From Balanoglossus misakiensis (Eukaryota > Animalia > Hemichordata), in NCBI GenBank assembly GCA_040954595.2, contig CM082598.2:5285097-5349096 (forward strand): a DNA stretch of 64,000 nt, read 5' to 3'. The notes under the pieces were generated by a model. The model saw only the letters and a program-made list of their open reading frames with translations. It was not told where the DNA came from and did not search any database. Shown piece after piece: positions 39,901 through 51,900 of this stretch (positions are counted from its first letter, which is position 1; the number at the start of each line of letters is the position of its first letter). A program made the translations under genes and the position numbers.

Positions 39901-42900
39901 TTTTATTTTCACGCTATTTTGGCTCTCGCGTATTTCGCGAAAATTTATTGCTCGCGAAAATAAAGTGTTTTACAGTATTTTAGAATTGGCATTGTGTCCC
40001 CATAATCAGTTTCTTACTGGAAAAATTAAGATGCAAACTGTTTTGTATTAATTTTTTTTAAATTCATCATTGTACATAATGAAAGTCAAGAAAATGATAT
40101 AGTCCCCTACCCAGTTCAGTTGTGCACAAAAATTATATATGGGTACCAGTATATGATACTGACGTGACCATAACATTTTCACAATGGTGATGATTCCAAC
40201 TGGTTGCCAACTCAAAATAACACTCTCATTGAACTGAATTTTTAAAAGTACTGATGGAGTTGTTTTTCTACCCTTTGCAGGTGCAACTTGAAAAATATTT
40301 ACAGAATTTACTCAACAATCCAATTTACAGAAGAAATAACCACACGGTAGGTATCTGTCATCACTATAAGGCTAAATAAAAAAATATGAATGAATGAATG
40401 AATGAATGAATGAATGAATGAATGAATGAATACGTTTATTCAGTATATATATGGCCACTGACCCTTTAAATACAAAATAAAATACAATATTCACTATTCA
40501 TTGAATAAAAAAATATGTGCTGTTGTATTTACATGGTTTTCAGAAATAGGGTAGGTAGGGAAATTACTGCCATACTGTTACAACTTGGATGAACCATTTA
40601 TGGATATGTCGTAACTCTCTGCATTAATTGTTTTCACTGTGTGTGACAACTAACACTAGTTTTTTCAGTACAACATCTGTGACTTGATGTTTTATTCATG
40701 AAATTATAAATATTTGTGTATTAATTGAAATGACTCTGTGTTTAATGCCACTTTTTGCCTTGATGTCGTTCAGATCATCAAATTTGCACAAAAACCAGGG
40801 TCATTTGATAATTTCCATACGCTTTTGCACCCTGCTATTATGTGTTGTCTTTTTATGGCTTTTGGTGCATTTTATTTAATTACTGAACAAGAAAATGTGA
40901 CACTCTTTTGCCATTTTATTCTGATTTTATAGTGATGTACTAAACTGCTAATTTTAATACCTCTAATTCTGTATTCCTCACCTATGCACGCACGGACATT
41001 GAATGTCAAAATATTATAAAAATGAATCTAAAACATACTTTAAAACACTTTATTTTTGCGAGTTAAAATTTTCGCGATATCGAGAGAGGCCACTGTTTCG
41101 CAAGTATTAATCTCTTATTTCATTTACTGCATCGTTATCTTCAAACAAAATTTACGCGACTTTTTATTTTCACGCTATTTTGGCTCTCGCGATTTCGCAA
41201 AAATTTATTGCTCGCGAAAATAAAGTGTTTTACAGTATTGATTCCCAGTGGTAGAGCGTTAGAAGCAAATGATATTTCATTTTTCTTTTTTTTTTATATT
41301 TCCAGCTTGAATTTTTAGAAGTCAGTCACTTTTCTTTTGTTAATGAACTTGGGAGTAAAGGAAAGTAAGTTGAGTTTTATTTTATTGAAATTTGTAAAAA
41401 TTTCATTAGGAAGAAAATGAGACCCTTTCCAGAGGGGCTTGGGCCCACGACCCCAGAGTACATTTCCATACTTCCAATCAAGCTAATGGATCCCCTAAAA
41501 AAAGATCGGGGCATTTCTACAAGTATATGAATGATAAATATCTCATATTTCACCTCAGTCTATTTAAAGGTATACGGTAACCTATGGAAATTTAGCTACA
41601 ATTACCATGGTAAACTAGAGATCTAGCCAATCACGGATTTTCATTGGGTGGCACGTCACGCGAAAAAAGAGCGCTACCCTATGTTCTTTAGAACGCTCAA
41701 ATACGCTAATTCTTCAGCCATATATGGGCGTATGTAAATTGGAGGTGACTGTAATACCTTTAATCAATTGAATGCAATACAACATCAGAGAGGCCGCTCT
41801 TACAGACCCTAGGAAAATTCCATAATGAATTAATATCAGCGTGCTGTGTGATAATAAATCATTCAAAGTGGATGCATGCCTCTGAAGGATTTTTTTTCTT
41901 ATTTATGTTTTAATGAATAATCAAACACTTATTAGACAAAAAAGCCAAACAAAAATTACAAGACATAACAAAATGAGGTTTACATCTACACACATCTAAT
42001 TCAACAATACATGAGGTTTACATCTACACACATCTAATTCAACAATACATTCACCAGAATATTATGACTGTTTAACAGGGAAGGTGTTGTTAAGAAGAGA
42101 TCTGGTGGACATCGAATACCGCTGGGTTGTTGTACAAGGTGCTGTGGTGGGTGCTACTGTGAGTGGGCTGGCCACTGGAATAAAAGGTAATGCAGGTGTG
42201 AACCTGGAACTTGGTTTTTATCAAACTTGCACAGAGTCATCTAATGGTCCAGTAAAATGAAGTGATCTCAAATCCTACCATGTACCAATTCATGTAGCAA
42301 ACCACTTGACTACACTTTTAGTGAATGAACTTTCAACCACATACAACTTCCATCCCGCTTGTAAGTTATGTGAGTAAAAACTCGCCCCAAATGAATACAT
42401 GGTAGAGAACGATTATTCATTTGGCCAGGTTTTTTTTCACTCTCATGTCTACAAGTTGGATGGAACTCGTGTGTGGTTGAACGTTGATTCACTATATATC
42501 CACATGTAAACGGTGTCTTGTATCAAACATACATTGTAATTAAGGGAAAAGGGGCAGTGGGAGAGAGAGACTTTGTCCCTTTAATAGGTTACAGTTTTGA
42601 TTACTTAATGCCCTTTCAACCGCCAGTTCCCATGGTGGTGAAAGAGTTAAAGATGATACAATCCCCAAGAGCGATCCTGCTTTATAGTACATTTGTATTT
42701 TTTATAGAAACATTACCTGGTACATAATGTCCATAGAATCCATATATATGGTTTCCATAGAATCCATATTTTATGTACCAGGTAATATTTCTGTGTTCCT
42801 CTTTAATGGTACCTTATACAAAACCGTGACTTTTATTCTTGCTTGTGTAGATGGTTGCTAACCAAGGATAGTTATGTTGGTTATATGAGACCCAAAGATG

Positions 42901-45900
42901 GAAGACTGTGCTGTGTGGTTCTGATGGATGAAGATTTCTCTGTTAGTTCTGGTCTCATTCACACTGGTGTTCATCACGGCCTTCTAGTCACTAATATGAC
43001 TAGGTAGGTTGTTTTCATACAACGAGAAAGATTCATCAATAATGAGATATCAGTTAATATGAATAAGTATCTGGTGTTTGTTTGTTTTTTGTATATTTTG
43101 CAGCATAATGTTTATTTGAGATTGTACAGTTGTACATGCATATGAAACATTGGTGAAAAAGTTATAATGGTGTTGTTCATCTGATCAAGTTCAGAAATAC
43201 ATATACAGTACAAATGCAGCAAAATCTAGCATATACTGTAAAACACTATATTTTCACGAGCAATAAACTTTTCGCGAAATACACGAGAGCCAAAATAGCG
43301 TGAAAATGAAAAGTTGTGTAATTTTTGAAGATAACGATGCAGTGAATGAAAATAAAGTGTTTTACAGTAATAAATATCAATATGAAGTATGACTATACAA
43401 GATTATTAAAGCGAATCTTAATTCTTGCTTGACAGGAATTTACTTCTGAAGTGCTGGACGCGGAGGAAAGCCAGAGAATGGGCTGAATTCATCAGTGAAT
43501 TGGCTGAGAAGTGTGAATATACGAAGAAAAATAGACACAGATCATTTGCTCCAGTTAGAACTGAATCCTATGCTAAGTGGTAAGTTATTATACATTTAAC
43601 TTTTAATAGCTCTGACTCAGCTAACATTGTCCATGTATTTTGAATGTCAGTTGTTATCAGTTCAAAGGGGCAAAGTCTCTCTCTCGCAGGCCTTTTTCCA
43701 TTAATTATGTTTGATACAAGACACCGTTCATGTTATTATACAATGTGATATATAGTGAATCAACATTCAACGGCACACAACTTCCATCCCGTTTGTAGGA
43801 AATGGGGAAGAAGAGATAGATTTTGTCCCTTTTTGACTGAAACACATGGTACAGGTTGGACCGGTGTAAGCTATTTCCACTGTTGTTTATGCAGCCTGTC
43901 TAGCTGTTACTTGAGTTAGTCTGCACTATTGTAAAGTATTCTGATGCTAAATGAGATATGAGGTAATCAATTTGCTAACCAAGTGAATGGAAACATAAAC
44001 AATTTTGTTGTCTTTCCTAACAGGTTCATTGATGGTGCTGATTATTTCAATGCAGTAGCTGATAGTTTAGAAAGTGCCAAAGAAGAAATATTCATCACAG
44101 ACTGGTGGTAAGTCACAGATTAATTAATAACATTATACGGTACATGTATTGCCACTATACTGTAACATTTCTCTGTGAAGTATAACATCATGGAGTTATC
44201 ATCAAGAGTGGCTCACTTGTGACATTATTTTGGTCATTGTAGTTTCTTTTGATTGATTAATCTTATTCTGTTCCTTGAAATACACTCAAGCATCAGTTGC
44301 TATAACTCAACTAAACTAAGGTGTGAGTTGAATTTTAATATCTGGTGATTAAGAACATTTCAGTGAGCAGAAACACATATTAATAATCTTTCAAAAGAAA
44401 CTAAATAAGCGGCTTTCCCCTTTCAGTTTAAGTTCAAAATTATAAAGACAGTCATGATAATTTTTTGACATAAAAATGGATAAGCAAAATAAGTTCTGAT
44501 CAAACAGCACATCTCCAAAAGTATTCACGTATGCAATGCTATCATTTTTGAAGGCTCAGTCCCGAAATTTACATGAAGAGACCAATAACAGAAGGCAACC
44601 GATGGAGGTTAGACCAAATACTCAAGAGAAAAGCAGTAAGTCTTGTTTCTCAGTTTTGCTTTTGTTGTTGTTGTTGTTGACATTTTCTTGTTTTGTTGTG
44701 GTTGTTGATATTGTCATCATGATGAAAATGGACAGAACTGCTTTTGTGTTGTCAATATTTGTTTGTTTTGTTGTAGTTGTTGATATTCTCATCATGAAAT
44801 CTGATAGAACTTTCTGCTGTTAAAATGCTTTCTGCTGTTAAAATGCTTTCTGCTGTTAAAATGCAATGCAATGCCAAATATGCAAGAAGTGCAATTTGTA
44901 TGAAGACAGTAAGTTAAAAGCAATTCTGTGGACTTACCCCTTTCACCACCACGTCTTATGTTGACAGGAAAGAGGAGTGAAAGTATTTGTGTTACTGTAC
45001 AAAGAAGTGGAGATGGCCCTTGGGTTGAAGAGCAGCTACAGCAAACAGACATTGAGGAAACTTCACCCAAACATCAAGGTACATACCGGTACATATACAT
45101 GTAAAAGTAATTGGGCTGTTAAGCATGCTGGATTAGGGTCAGGGAAGTTGATGTACAGTGAAATCTGTCATTACGCACACCTGTCTAATCAAGACACCTT
45201 TCAACTAAGGGACCGTTCAGTTTTTACGGCCGGGGGGGGGGGGGGGGGTCACTTAAATTTTGAAGTCCACAAGGGGGGGGTCATCTGGTTTTTTTAAACG
45301 TTTAGGGGGGAGTCACATACTTTTGCCACCGAACTTTTGCTTTTGAGTCTACAAAATTGCAGTTTCGCACCCTTTATTTTACAAAATTTTCCCCTCCCAC
45401 GCCCACCCCCTTCATTCTTCGCCACATTGCATTTTTTGCTGGTTTGTCTAGTGTACCAGGGCAGAGTGCTTGCCACCCCAACCCCACCAATGATAATATT
45501 TAACAAAGTGAATACATAAAGGAGAATAATTGTTTAAACCATTTTGCATAACTGATAGTTTCGCGCTGCATCTTCTATATACTAGAAGTTTTATAAATAA
45601 TGTCATGACGAAGATGACACCAAATCTTCTAACTTTGAGTGGAGTGGCAAAAAGTAAAATTGGTCCTCCCAAACATTGAGATAATTTGCTTTTGAGTTCA
45701 TTAAAATGCAACTTTGCACTACATATTTTACAAAATTTTCTTACCCACCCACCCCCCTCCACTTTTCTTGTTTTACCGATTCTAGCAACTATTGTATTGA
45801 CTTGTCATTTTAATTTGTTCATAGATTTCTTTATTGCAATGATATACTATTATATACTTCAATAATACTTGAAGAAATTTATAATTGAGGTGTGAGGAGC

Positions 45901-48900
45901 CTCATTCCCTTTATTACATACAGTGTACATAGGATCAGGACGACGAATGTTTTCGGCGTGGGGGGGGGGGTCATCATATTTTTGGGTCTGTCAAAGGGGG
46001 GGTCATCATTTTTTGGTCCTGGGTGAAGGGGGGGTCGGCCTAATTTTGAGAACCGATGACACAAACTTGCTGCCCCCCCCCCCCCCTGCCGTAAAAACTG
46101 AACGGTCCCTAAGGATAGATGATTTCAAGACAAAAGTCACAGTTTGAAAAGAATATGACCTGTCTATTAAGGACACCTCTCTACCGGTATTAGGGACAGA
46201 ATTTCTTGTCCCAGTGGTGTTCTTAAAGGTATACAGTCACCTATGGAGATTTAGCTAGCTACCATGGTAAACTTGAGATCTAGCCAATCACGGAATTTCA
46301 GTGGGTGGCACACGTACATAAAAAAAGAGCGCTACCATATGTTCTTTATACATGTATGGGTGTATGTAAACTGGAGGTGACTGTATGCCTTTAAATAGAC
46401 AGGTTTCACTGTACATGTAAGTTGACAAAACACTGAATTCTCTCTAATCTCTCCTCACAGATAATGCGTCACCCAGACCACGTGCCCGGGGGAGTACTCC
46501 TATGGGCTCACCACGAAAAGGTGGTGGTCATAGATCAGAACATAGCTTTCCTGGGCGGAATCGATCTGTGCTACGGCAGATGGGATGATTTCAGCCACCG
46601 ATTGGTCGATGTGGGATCGGCTCTGCCAAGCAAACAGGCACCTTCCTCGAGGGAACCTTCACCAGGTGTGATGAGGGTGAGTATGCAGATGGCTGCGTCT
46701 TAATTCTCCCTACCTTAAATAGGTTTTTGGCTACCTAGGTGAGTGATAAAAATCTCACATGGTCGACACAATTTCAAGATGGCCGATTTTTGCCATGTTT
46801 AAGGAATAGGAGTTCATAAGCTAAAGTGATGATGGGTCATTCTGAAACTTTTTAACAGAAAAATGATAAAAAATGTGAAAAAAGTTTAATGAGTTTAATA
46901 TGGTAACTACAAAGACAGACATGTTTGACCAAAGGAAGTCATGAAATACAGTAAACATATCATTCCTTCTATCTCTTACTACAGTGGGTTGTCGACTTTT
47001 GGACCAGAATGCAATGGGATTTTGCCCCCTAGCGCAAAGTGAAAACCTATTTAAGGCAGCCACAATTAATGCGACAAATTAGAAGTCTCCTCTGCCTGCT
47101 GTATTTAATACCTGTCTCACTTTATTCTTTACTATCAATCACGTGATCTGGCCATGTGACTCATTGCGCTGTCATTTCCAGGTGACGGGCAAGCAATATT
47201 TCGGCATCCAGTAAAAGTTTTTCCGAGTATTGTTTTTACTTTAGAACCACCAGACACGTAACATGTATCAGGTATGGTGCCTCATCAGCCTCATGGTGTT
47301 TCGTCTGCACAGTCTTTGTCTGCACCATGTTGCTGAAGTTGCCCGTCAGCTGGAAATTTGAATGCCAACGTATTGACGTCATTTGATATCGAAGTATCGC
47401 ATCCCTATACAGGTGCATGTAACTACCTATAGCACTAACAGAAAAATTCACATTTTGCTTTTTTTGTAGAAGTTTCCATCAATGCAGGACGTCAGGACAG
47501 AACCTGATCCAAATTCCAACAGTGTGACCTTGAACCCTCAAGACAACTTGGGCTTCGACAGAAGTGACCTCACAAATACGGGGGTTGGCTACGATGAACC
47601 TGATTCTGTGCCTATGGGACAAACAAATATGCTGGCTGTACCCAAACTGACCCCCTGTCGAACCAGTGTTGAGGCCGACCTGGATAAGCTGGGAGTTCAG
47701 GGGAATGCCAAGCTGTGGTATGGCAAAGACTACACAAACTTCATTGCCAAGGACTTTGTAGACCTGGATAGACCATTCCAAGGTAAGTCAACAACAACTA
47801 CAACAACAATAAACATGACAGCAACAACAACAACAACAACAACAACATCATCATTATCATCATCAACAACTACAACAACATCATCATCATCATCATCATC
47901 AACAATAAGTCTGTCCTATATAGGTCTAGAACTCTTCAGTATTAAAACTCTTTTTTTTTTTTTTTTTTTTCGTCTGTCTAGATTTCATTGACAGAACAAC
48001 AATGCCAAGAATGCCGTGGCATGACATAGGTGCTGTTGTGTACGGGGAACCTGCCCGAGATGTGGCCAGACATTTCATACAGAGATGGAATGCGACCAAG
48101 GTACGTATGTGGAAAACTCATCATCGCAGTCATCAACAAAACACGATTAACAATTTTTATTTCAGTAATTTCATGATTTATTTTGTCATCTGGGCACATA
48201 GGCAAAATCCTCCTTCATTCCCCTCCAGAAAATAAAATTACATGTTCAAGCCTAGAGAAATACAGTAATTATCTTATAGATTGATGTGAAAAGTGTTTGT
48301 GTCATCATCCTGTTGTTTTTTACACAGCTTGAGAAAGCCAAAGAAAACACATTTGTACCACTTCTTGTTCCAAAGTCGACCAAAAATGTTGAGATACCAA
48401 AGATGGCAAAGGAGGATGCTATTCAGTGTAATTGTCAGGTATGTGAGTTGATCGTACAGAGTGCGACTATATCAGTGGAAATATTAAACTATGGTGAGAA
48501 TGTGTACTTGTGACTGTTCATCTGATAACAGGTGGTTATTTTCTACCTACATTGTGATTTGCCTTCATATAATTTGGAAATTATAGAAATCTTGGATAAC
48601 TTGTAAAGGACTACATGTACAAATTGTATACAATTATTATAGTGTGTACATGAAAGTTGAGATAGGCAAGTTGAACAGCCAGAAATATAGTTTGGATGCA
48701 GTTAAAGTTCAGGTCCATACTAGCCAATTGGCTGCAAATCTGCATGCAGTGCTGTGTTTTTGAGTGAACAGCCAGACATTATAACTAATTTTGACTTGAT
48801 GGTTTGATTTTTAGATCCTGCGATCGGTGAGTACATGGTCAGCCGGAATCAAACACACAGAGAGCTCAATCTATTGGGCGTACTTGGAAGCTATCAGAGA

Positions 48901-51900
48901 AGCTAAACATTACATCTACATTGAGGTGAGGCAATGTGTTAAATATAATCCATCTGCATTTCCTCTGAAGAAACTCAAAGGATTTAACATTTTCTCCTCA
49001 AAATCAAAATGCAGATTTAGTAAATATTTGCTGAGTGATTGTTCATGCATGCTAGCTGTTTATTCATTTGTCATAACATTGTTTTTGGATATTCGCTAGG
49101 TCTTTCTGTTTCTTTGTTCCTACAGAACCAGTTCTTTATTTCATGTCATGAAGACAAAGATGTGTTCAACAAGATAGCTGATGCACTCTATGATAAGATC
49201 ATGGAAGCCCACAGGTATGTGTTCAATCTACATTTATTTCCTTTTTGAATACTCCTCCGTACACTGAATGTGGTATTCGCACGATCTTTCCATGTTTTTT
49301 CTTACCTTTGCCACAAGCATCATCGTAATAACTCATTTAATTCAACCAAAGAAATTCCACATGTAGATTTGAGAGAATACCTAGAGCACAAATCTCTTCA
49401 TGTAGCACAGTGGATGAAACACCACAGTCAAATATAATCTTGTTTATTGCATACCTATTCTTTACTATCAATCACGTGATCTGGTCATGTGACCCATGGT
49501 GTTGTCATTTCCAGATGATGGGCAAGCATCCAGTAAAAGTTTTTCCGAGTATGTTTTTACTTTAAAACCGCCAAACACGTAACATGTATCAGGTATGGTG
49601 CCTCATCAGCCTCATGGTGTTTCATCTGCACAGTCTTTGTCTTCACCACAATGTTGCTGAAGTTGCCCGTCATCTGGAAAGTTGAACGCCAACGTAACTG
49701 GGCCTGACCGCGTCTGATGTCATTAAAAACAATTGCAAATAATACTAATTGTGTCTATCTCATCACGCAGAGCCAAACACACTTTCCGGGTCTATGTGAT
49801 TCTCCCGCTTCTGCCGGCATTTGAAGGAGAGATCGGAGAGACTGGTGGAAGTTCCATCCTGGCAATCACACACTGGAATTACAAGTCCATATGCCGGGGA
49901 GGAAATTCCTTGTTTGAAAGACTTCAAAGAGACAGTAAGCAAGATGACCTTAGTCACATGACCTTAGTCATTTCGAATTGTGACACCCCTTTCTGCATGG
50001 TCACCCATATAGATTTAGCCATAGTTACCATGGAAATTTGAGATCTGGACAATCACAGATTTTTGCAAGGGGCGCCACACAACAAAAAAGTGTAAGGCAT
50101 ATGTAAATTAAGTGTGATTGCATATATCTTGAACACCTATTGCCTGGCCATGAGGGCCATAGCGGCCGTTTATTACACCCGAGGGGCTGTGAGTTACCAG
50201 AATCATATGCTATTTCCCGAGGCCGCAGGCCGAGGGAAATAGCATATGATTCTGGTAACTCACAGTCACGAGGGGGTAAAAACGGCTGCTATGGCCCGAA
50301 TATAGGCCAGGCTATAGGTGTTTTATAATAAACCTCATGCTAACAGCTGGGAAAATCTTGCAATTCTCTCTTGAGGCTGGCAGACGACATCTTCAGCGGT
50401 GGCCATTGTGTCAGACGACGCGACGCTGATTGACGTGACCACGTTGGTCACGTGACCGGTTTATATTTTTTCTGCTATTTCCCTAGCGGTTCATAGTCGA
50501 TTCTATTTTCCTATCACGTGACGGATTCTGGCGAATCAAGGCACAGTATTAGCATGAGGTATATTATAATTAAAAATATGACACTGTCCTATATGGAAGA
50601 TTAATATTTATGAGTTGTGTGTAGATTACTGTAAAACACTTAATTTTCGCGAGTTGAGGCCACTGTTTCGCGAGAATTAATTTTTGCGTTCTCTTATTTC
50701 ATTCACTGCATCATTATCTTCAAAAAAAAATTTTGCGACTTTTTATTTTCTCGCTATTTTGGCTCTCGCGTATTTTGCGGAAAATTATTGCCCGCGAAAA
50801 TAAAGTGTTTTACAGATCTTATCAAGCTAACACCAATCTCTGGGTCTCATAATATTTTCATGTTATTTTGATTTGATACAGTGAATAACCCGGAGGACTA
50901 TATCTCATTTTACGGTTTGAGAACCCACGCAGAATTGGATGAACAACCGGTGTCCGAATTGGTGTACGTCCACTGCAAGATGATGATCGTGGACGACACC
51001 ACTGTGATCATCGGCTCGGCCAACATCAACGACCGAAGCATGCTCGGCAAGAGAGACAGCGAGATGGCCGTGATCGTCAACGACACAAATACTGTGGCGG
51101 GTAGAATGAACGGGAAGGATCACCGGGCAGGCTGCTTCGCGAGCGGACTCAGAAAACATCTGTTCAGGTAAGGGCTGAGTGAATATGCTTCAGTTTAAAG
51201 GTATACAGTCACCTCCAATATACATACACCCATATATGGCTGTAGTGGCGCATATGAGCGTTCTAAAGAACATATGGTGGCACTCTTTTTTTCACGTGTG
51301 CTACTCACTGAAAATCTGTGATTGGCTAGATCTCAATTTGCCATGGTAACTATAGCTAATTTTCCATAGGTGACCGTATACCTTTAAATCATATGTGAAA
51401 ACTATCTATAAAATAGAAGAATACATAGCCATTTCAAATGATAGACAGGGGATACTTGTAGAAAAATGGGGAGCTTTTGTCAACTTTTTTGTTGATTAGT
51501 GTTTTTTTTTTGTGGTTTCTTTCTTGTTCTTGTCCTTGTCGACTTTCTTGTTTTTGTCCTGTATATTTGAAATTAAAAAAACAACAACAACAACAACAAA
51601 AGTGCTGAGTATATTAGGCAAATCTGTGGTGTTGAAGTGTAATGCAGAACCATGGTCGTCAATGCTAATTTAGCCACAATTACCTTACCGAGGCAAGTTG
51701 AGGTCTAGCCAATGACAGTTTTTCACAGGGTGGCCACTCAAAAATAAAGAGTGCAAGCACATTCTTCAGAAGACTCAGACACACCTTACGTACCATATAT
51801 AGTGATATCCAAATTAGAAGTCTAGTTAACCTTTAACTTCCAAGTTCCAGCTATTTTTCAAAGTAGTTTTTTTTTTGCATTGACTAGTTTCTTTTTCTCA

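Larger units (their letters stand above)
45154..46413. mobile_element. Tigger/pogo-like MITE hosting two nested insertions
   Basis: TA-CAGTGAAATCTGTC...GACAGGTTTCACTG-TA, interrupted at 45209-46109 and 46223-46394. Confidence 0.78.

Noticed and set aside
47150-47310. Possible hammerhead ribozyme on the minus strand (CTGATGA...GAAA with a GGCA/TGCC stem)
   Set aside because: Stems I and III do not pair properly at the core, and the second copy of the repeat (about 49460-49690) lacks the GAAA.
47783-47991. Poly-Thr/Ser extension in the PLD ORF track
   Set aside because: It lies after the GTAAGT donor at 47783 and is an intronic trinucleotide repeat.
50969-50995. HCK instead of HSK in the second PLD HKD motif
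   Set aside because: The x position of HxKxxxxD is variable and the catalytic H, K and D are intact.
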